Notes under the pieces: model-generated
The model's input: only the letters and a program-made list of their open reading frames with translations
What the model was told of the DNA's origin: nothing
The model's database searches: none
Position numbers and translations under genes: made by a program
Part shown: piece after piece, positions 47,243 through 57,470 of the stretch
Layout of the letters: each line of letters begins with the position of its first letter
Position numbering within the stretch: the first letter of the stretch is position 1
DNA from: a virus
Lineage: Duplodnaviria; Caudoviricetes
Reading direction: 5' to 3' (one strand)
DNA length: 64,000 nt
Virus record (IMG/VR): IMGVR_UViG_3300026549_000045
Span: 71,135-135,134 of that record

Positions 47243-47806
47243 TTATCTGTCAAATCTGCCGCGACGCTGCCGTCTGAAGAGGGCGCGGTTCACGGCATCG
47301 TGGGCATCCTGATTGTCGCCCATAGCGTAAACCATGAACATGGTTCCGGCAAAGGAGAACTCCCTACGGGCAACCGATGCAAACTTAGCGGCCTGCGTGC
47401 GCATCTCCGTCACCACGAATGGCTTACCCTTTCGACTTCGCTTCGGTACGGGGATTGGCTGCCAGTAGGGATGCGGGATGTTGGGCACAGGACCATTGTA
47501 GGGGTCGTTCTTTCCTACAGCCAGTTCTACGAATCTGGAATAGTACAGGTACTTGGCGGCAAACACCTGCGTGTCGCCACCGCTCGTCGCCCATGTCTTC
47601 CACCACAGCGAGCGCTTCATGGCTCCTGTGCGCACGGCATTCAGTCGCTCCACGTTCTCCTCGGTGTTCTCACGGCTGATGCGCTCGAAGTTGTTGATCC
47701 ACGACATGATGCGTTCATCGCGCCAGTCCCATTCCCAGCGTTTCACCTTGTCGCCATACTTGTCGCTGGCCCAGCCCTTCTCCTGTACTTCCGAAATCAG
47801 TGCCAT
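47243..47806 (-). CDS. Putative neck or tail-completion protein
   Basis: RTGAMKRSL...YLYYSRFVELAVGK motif, basic; directly upstream of the TMP. Confidence 0.5.
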   Translation of the reverse strand: MALISEVQEKGWASDKYGDKVKRWEWDWRDERIMSWINNFERISRENTEENVERLNAVRTGAMKRSLWWKTWATSGGDTQVFAAKYLYYSRFVELAVGKNDPYNGPVPNIPHPYWQPIPVPKRSRKGKPFVVTEMRTQAAKFASVARREFSFAGTMFMVYAMGDNQDAHDAVNRALFRRQRRGRFDR

Positions 47807-47810
47807 AGTC

Positions 47811-48320
47811 TTACTCGTCTTCGTCTGTGCTGACTGGTGGCATCTTGTCCATCAGCCTTACCGTCACCATTGCCAGACAATGCTGCCAACGGTGTTTCAA
47901 CTCCCCGCCGTGACGTTCTATCACGTCGAGTCGCTTATATAGTTCAGCTTCCAGAAGTCCTAAAGACCCAGGGCCTTCCTTGGGCAGGTCGTGCTTCTTC
48001 AACTCCTGTTCGCAGAAGGCGAGGAAACGCTGTGTACGCAGGTTGGCTGATTCGTGCGCCTTGCGGATGCGCTCCGCCAGTCGCTTGTAGTAAGCAGCAT
48101 CGTGGGGGGCACCCTTCTTCTTGTCGTTATCCACCGAGTCCGTGGTACCGTTGTTTCTACTCATACCCTTTATTTCTGCCATCTTCTCCAGCAGCGCCAT
48201 TGCTGCCAGCTCTGCATCGTCAGGCTCCGGTGTCATGGGTGCAGGTGTAACGTCCTCTACTCTCAGCGGTTTCGGCTCCTGCTTCTGCTTCTTGTGGAAT
48301 ATGTTCTTTAATGATTTCAT
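47811..48320 (-). CDS. Hypothetical protein
   Basis: 169-aa ORF overlapping the portal stop (ATGA). Confidence 0.65.
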   Translation of the reverse strand: MKSLKNIFHKKQKQEPKPLRVEDVTPAPMTPEPDDAELAAMALLEKMAEIKGMSRNNGTTDSVDNDKKKGAPHDAAYYKRLAERIRKAHESANLRTQRFLAFCEQELKKHDLPKEGPGSLGLLEAELYKRLDVIERHGGELKHRWQHCLAMVTVRLMDKMPPVSTDEDE

Positions 48321-50083
48321 GATTCTCCTCCTGCTATGGTTTCTACTGTCCCTGTCTTACTGTTATCAAGTGTTGTCAGAGTTTGCTGCTTAATAATCCA
48401 CTCTGCGTTATACCATGAGTTGAAGGTGCTGATAGCCTGCAGGAACGACAGGTAGCCGCGCTGCTTTACGTTCAGCTGCTGCTGCTTCAACAGGTGCATC
48501 TCACGCAGGGCAGTACCACCGTTGGAACTATGCACCATTGGCACACCAACGAGACGTGGATCAACACCCAGAGCAAGGAATATCGGGCTGGTAGCCAGTT
48601 CCAACTCTTCCTTTCCGGCGGTGGTGACATCTTTGGACGTCTCGGCCACGTCAACGATTTCGACATTATGGTGATCCTTGCCGTCCTGACCCTGCCACAT
48701 CCACTGACGCATCATCTTTCCGTGATTCTCGCGGTGCTTCAGGAAGTCCTCCATCGACGCTTCCAAATCGTCGATAAATTTCTGCTGCTTTTCGGGGTTT
48801 CCTTGGTAGCCTTCGTCGGCAAAGACGGACTCCAAGTAGTCAAGACTTATATATAGGATTTTTCCCCACGACGTGATATTCTCACGCTGTTTGGCCTTGT
48901 CGTAGGCAATGGTGCTGGCAAAGTCGTAGAACTTGGCAAGGAATATACTCCACCATGCAGGCTGCTGGTAGTAGAATTTGTTGCCATAGAACGTCGGGCA
49001 TACTATCCACGTCGGGCGATCCTTGATGCGTCCGCGCTGATGCGACTCCACTTGATAGCGCAGTTCGCCGACACGGCCTTGCGGCATAGCGACGGGGTAC
49101 ATCACAATCTTCTGGTCAGAGGCTTTAACAGTCTTCAGGCCGGTCATGCCCTTTGTTCTCCAACGGTCGCTGAAATAAATATTCTGGATGTATCTGTGTT
49201 CATTGGCTGCCTCGTAACGGACACCGCTTATGATAGGCAGGATGCCAAGACGCACAATCTTCGGGTTCCACGGACCGCGACGTCCGCGCTCCAGTCCGAC
49301 GGTCGGGAAATAGAGGTCGAACATCACGTCATCCTGCATACACTGCGAACAGTGCAGCGACAGGTCGTTGTTCTCCAGAAACTCACGGGCACCAGGAATG
49401 TGTGTCTTGTCGCCCATTGCGTCATCTTCGTCGTAACCCTCCCACGTGCGCTTCCATTGCTCGTAGGCTTCACGGGCACGCTTCAGCTTTGCATTCTCCT
49501 TGGGCGCACCAGTCTTGATGCCGATATTGCCAAGTAGCTCATCGGCTTCTTCAAGAGGTGTCTTTCCCTGTTCTTCCAGTGCTTCCAATTCATCCAGCAG
49601 ACGTGCCCCTGCATCGCGGTACTCCACCAGCTCACCGTTTGGGAAACGGTACATCAGTCGTGGGCCGAGGCCAGTAGCGAGGTCGGCCAGATAGCGCAGA
49701 GGTGACGCAGTATAAGGCAAAGCCTTTGCAAGGCTGTATATTTGCGCAGGTATATTGTCACCAGGTCCCCAGGGTATAAATCCGCGACCAAGCGATTCTC
49801 CGTCTTCGCCGGCAACGGGTGTCGGCTTAGTGTTACGGCTGTCGAAACTCCATGCCAAATTTGAAATAGGGCCGTTGCTCAGCGCACCGGAACCCATGCC
49901 TATAGCCATGTTCTTTGCTTCCTTGTCAGACGGATCCTTGTCGCCCAGCGAGAAATTATGCACGCCGCCCAACTTAATGGCATCAAGCGACATAAACCCT
50001 TTCTTTCGCATTTCACGGTCTACACGCTCATATTCGGCCTTTGTCTTCGGGCGATGAACTTTGATAGAAGATTTATTTCCCAT
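48317..50083 (-). CDS. Portal protein
   Basis: 588 aa downstream of terL; IPWGPGDNIP, YYQQPAWWS and ALGVDPRLVG...GGTALRE motifs. Confidence 0.75.
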   Translation of the reverse strand: MGNKSSIKVHRPKTKAEYERVDREMRKKGFMSLDAIKLGGVHNFSLGDKDPSDKEAKNMAIGMGSGALSNGPISNLAWSFDSRNTKPTPVAGEDGESLGRGFIPWGPGDNIPAQIYSLAKALPYTASPLRYLADLATGLGPRLMYRFPNGELVEYRDAGARLLDELEALEEQGKTPLEEADELLGNIGIKTGAPKENAKLKRAREAYEQWKRTWEGYDEDDAMGDKTHIPGAREFLENNDLSLHCSQCMQDDVMFDLYFPTVGLERGRRGPWNPKIVRLGILPIISGVRYEAANEHRYIQNIYFSDRWRTKGMTGLKTVKASDQKIVMYPVAMPQGRVGELRYQVESHQRGRIKDRPTWIVCPTFYGNKFYYQQPAWWSIFLAKFYDFASTIAYDKAKQRENITSWGKILYISLDYLESVFADEGYQGNPEKQQKFIDDLEASMEDFLKHRENHGKMMRQWMWQGQDGKDHHNVEIVDVAETSKDVTTAGKEELELATSPIFLALGVDPRLVGVPMVHSSNGGTALREMHLLKQQQLNVKQRGYLSFLQAISTFNSWYNAEWIIKQQTLTTLDNSKTGTVETIAGGES

Positions 50084-50107
50084 AAAATCAAACGTTTAAT
50101 TTTACGG

Positions 50108-50143
50108 GAAAGATACTATGTATCAATCTCGAAGTCAAGGGCA
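50108..50143 (-). promoter_or_regulatory. Phage-specific promoter copy for the portal-TMP-glycosylation operon (TGCCCTTGAC-N18-TATCTTTC)
   Basis: GTCAAGGGCA at 50134-50143. Confidence 0.8.
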
Positions 50144-50146
50144 TTT

Positions 50147-50184
50147 AAAAGTACACAAAAGGGACGGTTCTTTTTGTGTACTTT
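50147..50184 (-). terminator. Intrinsic terminator after terL
   Basis: 13-bp inverted repeat AAAGTACACAAAA / TTTTGTGTACTTT. Confidence 0.7.
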
Positions 50185-52102
50185 AATGCGGAATAATCAG
50201 GTTATGATACCTGCCTCTCAGTCTGCCACCAATCGTTTTGTTGCCGTTGGTAAAGAAGCGGCAGCCTATGAGCAGCGTATCAAAAGCGTCCGTTACGTCC
50301 GTTCTGGTTCTGGGGTCAATGCTACCCTCCGTACCTTCGCCTTTTGCATGTAGCTTTTCACCACCCTTATACTTGCGTATGCCGTTCGGTCCCTGTTCGC
50401 AAGCACAGTTCTCAATGGCGGTTATCAAGTATTCGTTACGGTCTTCATCGGCGTTGATGCGAACGGCAGGGCCTTGCTGGAAACTGAATACATCACAGAT
50501 AAACTGGAACTTCTGGTTATGCTTCATGGGAGAGCCGATATCAACGGGTGTTACGCTGGCACGGGCGCGCTTCAGTTCCTCGATAACTACATCATTGAAG
50601 TTTTGCGCCTTGGCTCCCTCTACAGCGTATGCCAGTGACGCACCTTGCTTTGCCGTACTGTCATAGTAGTAAATGAAGTCGCCGCCACGGTCGATGAACG
50701 GACGGTAGTAGCGGCACATATTGCGTATCAGAGCACGTATCTTCTGCTCGTTCATGGTGAACATACTTTTGAGCACCATCAGAGTCTCACGGCCTTCAAA
50801 CTTACGAAGTTGCCCGATAACCACGCAGTTCAGGTTGGCATTGTAGTCTAAAGCTATCCTGATGGGAAGATCATAGTCGATGTCTAAGTCCAGGCTGCAA
50901 TCGTTCACCAGCGACGTGCGTGTCAGGTCGATTGCGTCATACTCCACGGCGGTGGGGTTGTTGGCCTGGTCTAAAGCTGTGCGGCTGTAGCGGGTCGTAT
51001 AGTCAGACAGCAGTTTATCCATCACGGCGAGGTCGCTCTGATGGTAAGTATGCAGTTCCGAATCGTAGTTGCAGTAATATCCATCACGTGCCAATCCTTT
51101 GCGTTGGCCAAGAATCTGAATATTGTACATCAATGGGGGTAAGGTTCGACGCATAGTTCTGAACCATTCTTCGCCAAGTATCTCGATATTGCTCAAACTG
51201 CTGAAACGGAAAAAAATCTTGCTCTTGCAGCGCAATTCATTGATACGTTTCAAGAATCCGTCTACGTGCCACAGTTCAGGCATCTCGTCGGCTTCGGCCA
51301 GCATCAGGTCTATCTCGTGGTTGATGTCGTCGGTCTGCGTCTGTTCCTCCTGCTCCCAGAGCGCCTGCTTCTGCGTGATGGACGGGTCGCTGACAAAGAA
51401 CTTCGAGAGGTATAGCGGGTTATAGTCCACGTTGTAGCCGAAGGTATATTTGGCGGTATTGCGAAAACCGTCGCCCATCAGTCCGCTGCCCTTGGAGATC
51501 AGTTCGGGTCGGATAGCAGGAAACAACTCTTCCTTCATCTTCAGGAACGGCAGGTAGCGCGTCTCGTCGGCAGCTGCGCTGGAGAGTGTCATACCATTAA
51601 CACTGGCGCGTACTGCCATTGATATGGAGTACCAGCACGCACCTGTGTTAAAAATGGTTACGTTTTCCCAAGAACGGGGCTTGCTCAGAGGCAACGGCCA
51701 GTGGAGCTTGGCAGGCGGTCGCTGTCGCATGAAGTCACGACCTTCTACGAGACCCATCATCTCCAGTCCCTTCACCACGGCAGGCCATGTCTTGATGTAG
51801 AGCTGCTTGATGCTGCAGCCCAGGAATACGTTACTGCTACGTGGAATGCGCAGGGAGGTTTCTTTTACGTGCTCGGCAATGTCGGTGGTCTTACCCGTAC
51901 CGCGCCCTGCCACCTCGTAAGTCTCACGGCAACGGTAGCGACGGCGCTTTGACTGTGCCTCGTTCTCGTAGATATACCGCTGGTTAGGCAACTCCTTCTC
52001 TTCTCGCTCTTCCTCGTCGGCATCGCCTGTCGGTTCTGCCAATGGGAGCATACGACCCAGAGCCGCGTCGCTGTCGTTGTCTGAAAAGCCTACCCTACTC
52101 AT
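50183..52102 (-). CDS. terL: Terminase large subunit
   Basis: Walker A AGRGTGKT, Walker B AAADE, nuclease IALDYN and TDVTDAFD. Confidence 0.9.
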   Translation of the reverse strand: MSRVGFSDNDSDAALGRMLPLAEPTGDADEEEREEKELPNQRYIYENEAQSKRRRYRCRETYEVAGRGTGKTTDIAEHVKETSLRIPRSSNVFLGCSIKQLYIKTWPAVVKGLEMMGLVEGRDFMRQRPPAKLHWPLPLSKPRSWENVTIFNTGACWYSISMAVRASVNGMTLSSAAADETRYLPFLKMKEELFPAIRPELISKGSGLMGDGFRNTAKYTFGYNVDYNPLYLSKFFVSDPSITQKQALWEQEEQTQTDDINHEIDLMLAEADEMPELWHVDGFLKRINELRCKSKIFFRFSSLSNIEILGEEWFRTMRRTLPPLMYNIQILGQRKGLARDGYYCNYDSELHTYHQSDLAVMDKLLSDYTTRYSRTALDQANNPTAVEYDAIDLTRTSLVNDCSLDLDIDYDLPIRIALDYNANLNCVVIGQLRKFEGRETLMVLKSMFTMNEQKIRALIRNMCRYYRPFIDRGGDFIYYYDSTAKQGASLAYAVEGAKAQNFNDVVIEELKRARASVTPVDIGSPMKHNQKFQFICDVFSFQQGPAVRINADEDRNEYLITAIENCACEQGPNGIRKYKGGEKLHAKGEGTEGSIDPRTRTDVTDAFDTLLIGCRFFTNGNKTIGGRLRGRYHNLIIPH

Positions 52103-52770
52103 TATTCTTCCTCCTCTTTCATTTCCTGTGCTGCAGGTTGCTGTGATTCTCCGATGGCCTTTCCGTCCTTGTCAACAACAAGTCCGTGCTCGTCAATATG
52201 TGCGCCCCACTTTGTAGCCAGTTCCAAACGGCGTTCTGCACTGACGCGCTTTCTGGTCGGGTCTACCTTCGTCACGTCGGTAGTCGGAATCAATTCGGTA
52301 TAGGAAGCCTCGCTGATGCGGTTCGGGTCTTCCTCCTCGCGGTCAAGGCCACCGTATTTGTACTGTTGTTTAAGGCCCATGTCAACAATGGTCATATTGC
52401 CCGTGTCAAAGCCAGTGGAGATCATACGCTCTGCGGTACGGATGCCACGATACTGTAGCGTCTTGCGCGACGGCAGTTTCAAGAAGTGCTCCTGAATCCA
52501 TTCAAACCACTCAGCATCCTTCTTTGCAGCCGTCAGCAGGTCGCCTCTATCCTTGTATTTCTTGTCATCAGCCTTTAGCATCGAACGTGCCAACTCCAAT
52601 GGATTGACGTATGGGTTCTGTAGCCATGCCATGTAGATGGCCTTCACCCGCGTCAGCCTTGCCTTCTGAGGTTTGGTAATGTCAAGGTCAACAATAGGCA
52701 CGTCGGCCTCGAAGTGGAGCGTAATACCCCGCTTCACCTCGTCTGGTATGTTGTACACGAAGTTTGCCAT
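52102..52770 (-). CDS. Probable terminase small subunit
   Basis: Helical 222-aa ORF whose stop overlaps the terL start. Confidence 0.55.
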   Translation of the reverse strand: MANFVYNIPDEVKRGITLHFEADVPIVDLDITKPQKARLTRVKAIYMAWLQNPYVNPLELARSMLKADDKKYKDRGDLLTAAKKDAEWFEWIQEHFLKLPSRKTLQYRGIRTAERMISTGFDTGNMTIVDMGLKQQYKYGGLDREEEDPNRISEASYTELIPTTDVTKVDPTRKRVSAERRLELATKWGAHIDEHGLVVDKDGKAIGESQQPAAQEMKEEEE

Positions 52771-52773
52771 AGT

Positions 52774-53466
52774 CTAAATTCTTGAATACTCCTTCTTCGC
52801 ATCAAAGCTCGGACAGCTTTTGATCCACTCCTGCGGCTCGACAATGCCATTGTGGTTCTTGTCTGGCGAAAAGTCGCGGTGGCCACTGATCTTTGCTTTG
52901 GGGTATAGCTTACGCAACTCCACCAGCAACGAGAGCAAAGACGCCTTCTGGGCCTCCGTTCGCGTGTCCTTTGCCTTCAGCTTGTTATATGGCACGCCTG
53001 GCTTATTCTCCAGACCGCCCACGTATGATATGCCGATGCTGTGTGCGTTATAGCCGCTGACGTGCGCACCGATAAGGTCAACGTCACGTCCGTTCCATTT
53101 CTCGCCATTCAGTCCTATCACATAGTGGTAGCCGATGTCGCTCCAGCCGTTCTTCTTGTGTTCGGCACGAATCTGGTCAACAGTCATTGCCTGTCCCTCC
53201 CTTGATGCCGTACAATGGATGACGATATCCGTTATCACCCTGCGTGACTTCTTCAGGTTGAAAGCCTGTTTGACTACCGCAGGCAGCAGTTTTGCCAAAG
53301 TGGCCGGACCCGCTATGCCGTCTGGCGTCAGGTTATGTTCACGCTGCCATGTCATCAGCGCCTCACGGGTGAGCGGGCCAAACTGCCCGTCTTGCACCAG
53401 GTGCAGCGCACCCTGTATCTGTTTCACTACAGGGCCGCTGCTTCCAAGTTTATAAAGTGTAGCCAT
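52774..53466 (-). CDS. Endolysin: PG-binding domain + T7-type N-acetylmuramoyl-L-alanine amidase
   Basis: LTPDGIAGPATL; IVIHCTA, IGYHYVI, GAHVSGYN, GHRDFS and KSCPSF motifs. Confidence 0.92.
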   Translation of the reverse strand: MATLYKLGSSGPVVKQIQGALHLVQDGQFGPLTREALMTWQREHNLTPDGIAGPATLAKLLPAVVKQAFNLKKSRRVITDIVIHCTASREGQAMTVDQIRAEHKKNGWSDIGYHYVIGLNGEKWNGRDVDLIGAHVSGYNAHSIGISYVGGLENKPGVPYNKLKAKDTRTEAQKASLLSLLVELRKLYPKAKISGHRDFSPDKNHNGIVEPQEWIKSCPSFDAKKEYSRI

Positions 53467-53501
53467 GATTCTTCACTCTTCACTTTTCACTCTTCACTCT
53501 A

Positions 53502-54167
53502 TCAGGGCCATTCGCCTAAAGGACCGTTTACGTTTGGGATGGGGAACGATGGGCACCACTCCGTAATGTCACCTGTCACCGCATCAATAAAGATGGGATC
53601 ACCGATGGTTCCCAACACCCACTGAGCGTTACAGTTCCTCGGACCTACTGGCAGTCGCAGCACCATGCCCTTTGCAGGTGGGATGACACCGTTCCACTCC
53701 TTCAAGCGTTTCAGCACGTCCATAGGCCACAGCTTAATCTCGCAGTTATCCAGCTCGTCGTCCTCAATCCATACGTCGATGATAGGATGCGGAATAATCG
53801 TACCCTTCACGACGTTAGAACTGATGTACTGAACGTGAGGCCCCTCGTCATTCCAATAGAAGAACACGTCAGTAATGTCAGTGATGTGCAGATCGTCGAT
53901 GTTCTCAGCCTTGATGGTATCGTTGAACACCACTTGCAGGTTGCGCCACTCGTAGGTCGTACCACCAATCATGTTGAACATCGTCTGACGATGCAGCGCC
54001 ACGATGTTAGCCACGCCAGCCGTAAAGTCCTGTACCACGCCGTCATAGTCGCTGCCAGCCACCACTACGGCTTTCTCCTGCGGTTTCTCACTCTTGCCGC
54101 ATCCGTTGCAGGATGCCATCATGCCTACGACTATCGTCATCAGCATGCAGAAAAGAATCTTTTTCAT
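53502..54167 (-). CDS. Lipoprotein
   Basis: MKKILFCMLMTIVVGMMAS-C lipoprotein signal from ATG 54167; C-terminal IFIDAVTGDI is PepSY-like. Confidence 0.65.
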   Translation of the reverse strand: MKKILFCMLMTIVVGMMASCNGCGKSEKPQEKAVVVAGSDYDGVVQDFTAGVANIVALHRQTMFNMIGGTTYEWRNLQVVFNDTIKAENIDDLHITDITDVFFYWNDEGPHVQYISSNVVKGTIIPHPIIDVWIEDDELDNCEIKLWPMDVLKRLKEWNGVIPPAKGMVLRLPVGPRNCNAQWVLGTIGDPIFIDAVTGDITEWCPSFPIPNVNGPLGEWP

Positions 54168-54225
54168 CTTTCGTTTTTGTGTTTTGTTAATAATGTTTTG
54201 TTTATTGTGTCGCGATAATCGCGCC

Positions 54226-54645
54226 TCAATCAATATATTCTTCCGCTTCCTCCCATCCCGTATCGGGCTTGTATTCGTCGCGCTCCTTCAGGTACATCAC
54301 CCTCATGCCCGACAGCGACTGCCAGCGGAAACCCAGGTCATGCAGTTGCTTCTCTGCCGACGGCCACGGATCTCCCCAGTCGATGCTGGCACGCAGTCCC
54401 ATCGCGTCGCGCAACTGTCCCACGTCCATGACCTCCACGCCGATGTCAAATCTCGGCCACGGCATCCAGCGCTCGTTGAACGCCATAACCGCCGCCGTCA
54501 CGTTGTCATCCACCGCGTCGATGTCCGTCACCTTCTTCGGCGCTTTCTCTTCGTCGTTCTGTGCCATATCTCTTTCCTTCATGAATTTCAGGGCTTCATC
54601 CATGTTTTTGAAGGACTTCCAGCCCGTCGGTTCCTTCTTTGGCAT
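54226..54645 (-). CDS. Hypothetical protein
   Basis: 139-aa ORF in a tightly packed operon. Confidence 0.65.
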   Translation of the reverse strand: MPKKEPTGWKSFKNMDEALKFMKERDMAQNDEEKAPKKVTDIDAVDDNVTAAVMAFNERWMPWPRFDIGVEVMDVGQLRDAMGLRASIDWGDPWPSAEKQLHDLGFRWQSLSGMRVMYLKERDEYKPDTGWEEAEEYID

Positions 54646-54651
54646 AACCTA

Positions 54652-55215
54652 TCAATTGCTTGAATCCGAATCTTCTTCTTCAGCAAACTGCGCTCTCTGA
54701 GCCTCCAGTTCCTCGTCCGTCAGATACAGGTTCCAGTCGATGCAGAGGTTCAGCGGCTCGTCACGCTGGAACTGCAGCATCACCGCAAACCAGCCGTTCT
54801 GCAGCGGACCGACACTCAGGATGTCGATGTACGCACCGTCAAGGTTGATGCGCGCGAAGTCGCCTTTGATGTCGTTGTCTATCTCCTCATCATGCTTCTT
54901 CTTCAGCCACGACAGGAAATTCCTTGCATGGAACATAGCAGTCTCATACGCCACAGCCGCCTCGCCGCCGTCGGCCATCTTCTCGGCCCTGACAAAGAAG
55001 TAAATCGGGTAGTTCAGCACAGGACACTCAATAGGTCCGCTACCATCCACCCCACTCTCCATCACCACGCATGGCGTAAAGGCGTTACTGATATCCTTGG
55101 CCATATCCACCACGCCCATCTGCGAGTCAGTCAGGTAGAAGCGTTTGTTCTCCTTCGTGTGCTTCATGTACTTATACCGCTCGCACCACTGTTTAACAAT
55201 CGAATGAAAAGTCAT
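54652..55215 (-). CDS. Putative tail terminator with DSDSSN C-terminal tag
   Basis: Size and PCVVME...IYFF...VGPLQNGWFAVMLQF pattern resemble tail terminators. Confidence 0.5.
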   Translation of the reverse strand: MTFHSIVKQWCERYKYMKHTKENKRFYLTDSQMGVVDMAKDISNAFTPCVVMESGVDGSGPIECPVLNYPIYFFVRAEKMADGGEAAVAYETAMFHARNFLSWLKKKHDEEIDNDIKGDFARINLDGAYIDILSVGPLQNGWFAVMLQFQRDEPLNLCIDWNLYLTDEELEAQRAQFAEEEDSDSSN

Positions 55216-55236
55216 AGTCGTTTTGTGTTTGTGTTG

Positions 55237-56350
55237 TTACACCTTTATCTGGTCGAGGTCGATGCAGTAGAGCTTGGCGCTGTTGGCAACTGCCTCCGTC
55301 ACCGTCTCTTTACCTCCGATCTTCACCATCTCGCGGTACTTGTCAACCCATTTCTTCACGTAGGCATCGTGCTTCTCGCCAGGTTCCTTCGGGCCTCTGG
55401 TGTCACGCAGCGCATTACGCAACTGTTTTACGCGCGCCTTCTGCTCTTTCGTCAGTTCAACTTCCGTTCCCGTTGGTTCCCCTGCAGGCAACACATGCGC
55501 CTGCCCCAGGTCATCGACTGTCACACGGCCTGCCTTCACCGCCTTCGCCCACTCAGCGTCCAGCTCTTTGCGGATGCTCTTTACCTGACTGTCAATCCTC
55601 GTGGCGGTCTTTGCCCACTTCTCGCGGTCAGAATTCTTGGCGTTCGGGTCGTTCATCAGCAGGCGCATATTCTCGCGTGCTTCCTCCAGAGCGCGCATCA
55701 GCTCGCCATACTTGGCCGCACGCTCCTGCGTCTTCTTCGGCAGGATATGCACGTACTGGGAAATATGTTCCGGCCTCGGGATGATAGCCGTCGTTCCCGT
55801 CGTGTTAGCGTCGGGCTTATGGGGAGTGCCGCCCGTCTGTGCGGGCTTGGCTCCGGCGGCGCCTTTTGGCACTTGGTTATAGGGCGCAGCCGCTCCCCCA
55901 CCCTTATCGTTGTGTTTGTGTTGATTGTTGTCAGCCACCGTTCCAGTCGGTTTTCCGACGGGTTGAACCACTGTGTTTACGCCCTGCTTCGCCACAGGCT
56001 TTGCCCCGTCCGGCTCACCCATCGTCTTCAGACACTTCACCATTCTTCGGATGCTTCTGTAGGCAGCCTTGCCATACAGTCTGTCAGGCAGCCACGTGTC
56101 GGCCATGTTCGAGAACGATGACAGTAATCGTGCGCCCTCTTCCCAGGCGCGGCATTCCTCGTCATTCCATCGGCCACTCACCTGCATCACGTTCTGCAAC
56201 TGCGCCTCCGGTTCCTCGGCACGTCTCAGCAGCATCTTTGCAGCGGAGTGCAACCACTCCCCTACCCGCTTCGCTATTGTCAGCCGCTCACCGGCATCCA
56301 TGTTATCGTACCTCTTGAGGTACTCGCACATTGTTATCTTTCTAATCATA
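55237..56350 (-). CDS. Hypothetical helical protein
   Basis: Long ORF (55237-56418); start probably at MIRKITM near 56350. Confidence 0.65.
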
Positions 56351-56354
56351 GTCG

Positions 56355-56777
56355 TTACTCTTTTGTTTTTTGGTCTTTCTTCATCTCCTGCTGTTCCTTT
56401 GCCCACATCATGTAGCAATAGCGGAAAGCGTTTTCGCCCAGCTGCTTGATAACCTTACGGATGACTGACGGCTGCTGCGACTGCCTCGCACGAATCAAGT
56501 CGAACTCCTTCAGGATCGCCTCTGCGTCGTTCGTGCCGAAGCGTCGGAGGAACACCTCGTAATCGTTCTTCGTGTTGTAGTGGATGCCGTATTTTGCCTT
56601 GGCATCGCGCATCATTTTCAGCATCTGCTTCACGGCCTCCTTGATACCTTCCAGCACACGCTCTCTCGGCACATCCACCATCTGCATCCCCTGCTGCTGC
56701 AACTCCTTTTCGATTTGCTGCTTCTGTTGGGCCTGCTCCTGTTCTGGGGCTTTCGCCTCTTGTTTCTTCTTAGTCAT
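56355..56777 (-). CDS. Hypothetical protein
   Basis: 140-aa Gln/Lys-rich ORF. Confidence 0.65.
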   Translation of the reverse strand: MTKKKQEAKAPEQEQAQQKQQIEKELQQQGMQMVDVPRERVLEGIKEAVKQMLKMMRDAKAKYGIHYNTKNDYEVFLRRFGTNDAEAILKEFDLIRARQSQQPSVIRKVIKQLGENAFRYCYMMWAKEQQEMKKDQKTKE

Positions 56778-56815
56778 ATCTCAAAAAAATTAAATTAGAT
56801 ATTTTCAGTCACTCG

Positions 56816-57376
56816 TTAGAAGAATATCGCTTTAGCGAAATACATAACCGCTGATGCGATGGATATCATTTTTAACCAGAAGAAAGCCCATGCACCACAG
56901 CCAACCCATGCAGGATAGTCTTCCGGTGTTAGATGATTGCGGTTTATCTTCTGCATGAATAGCCACGATGTAAATGTCTGCCAAACGGCTTGCAATACGG
57001 ATAGCAGCATATAGATAGCTGCAAGTACAGAACAAATTGAAAATGTCTGAAACGCATGGCCAGATATCAAACCGCCAGTCATCATAACGATAAACATCCA
57101 TGCCAACTGGTCAGCACGTTCGCCAGCCTTCACACTACGTTCCTGATAATAGTCATAGACTTCCTTTTCTGTCAACACCTCTTCGTCAGGAATTTCCTCA
57201 AATACCTTACCACGGGCATTATCCACACCATATACATTCTGACACAAGCCAGACTCACATTCTTCGTGGCAATAATCCTTCAAAGCACAGCGGTCACATT
57301 CGCACCCGTCACCGATTGTGTCAGGAACAAGGGCGTATGTTTTTCCGTTAATTTTGATTTCATTATCTTTATTCAT
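56816..57376 (-). CDS. Membrane protein with Cys-rich N-terminal domain
   Basis: CECDRCALKDYC...C...C followed by three hydrophobic helices; looks more AT-rich than neighbours. Confidence 0.6.
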   Translation of the reverse strand: MNKDNEIKINGKTYALVPDTIGDGCECDRCALKDYCHEECESGLCQNVYGVDNARGKVFEEIPDEEVLTEKEVYDYYQERSVKAGERADQLAWMFIVMMTGGLISGHAFQTFSICSVLAAIYMLLSVLQAVWQTFTSWLFMQKINRNHLTPEDYPAWVGCGAWAFFWLKMISIASAVMYFAKAIFF

Positions 57377-57400
57377 AATTCGCCGAATTTGTCTTTTGCA

Positions 57401-57436
57401 CTAAGATACATATATGTGATTCCTACGTCAAGGGCA
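57401..57436 (-). promoter_or_regulatory. Phage-specific promoter copy (TGCCCTTGAC-N18-TATCTTAG)
   Basis: GTCAAGGGCA at 57427-57436. Confidence 0.75.
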
Positions 57437-57470
57437 AACCGAGTCGAGAGCAGAATCCATAATATTTTTA

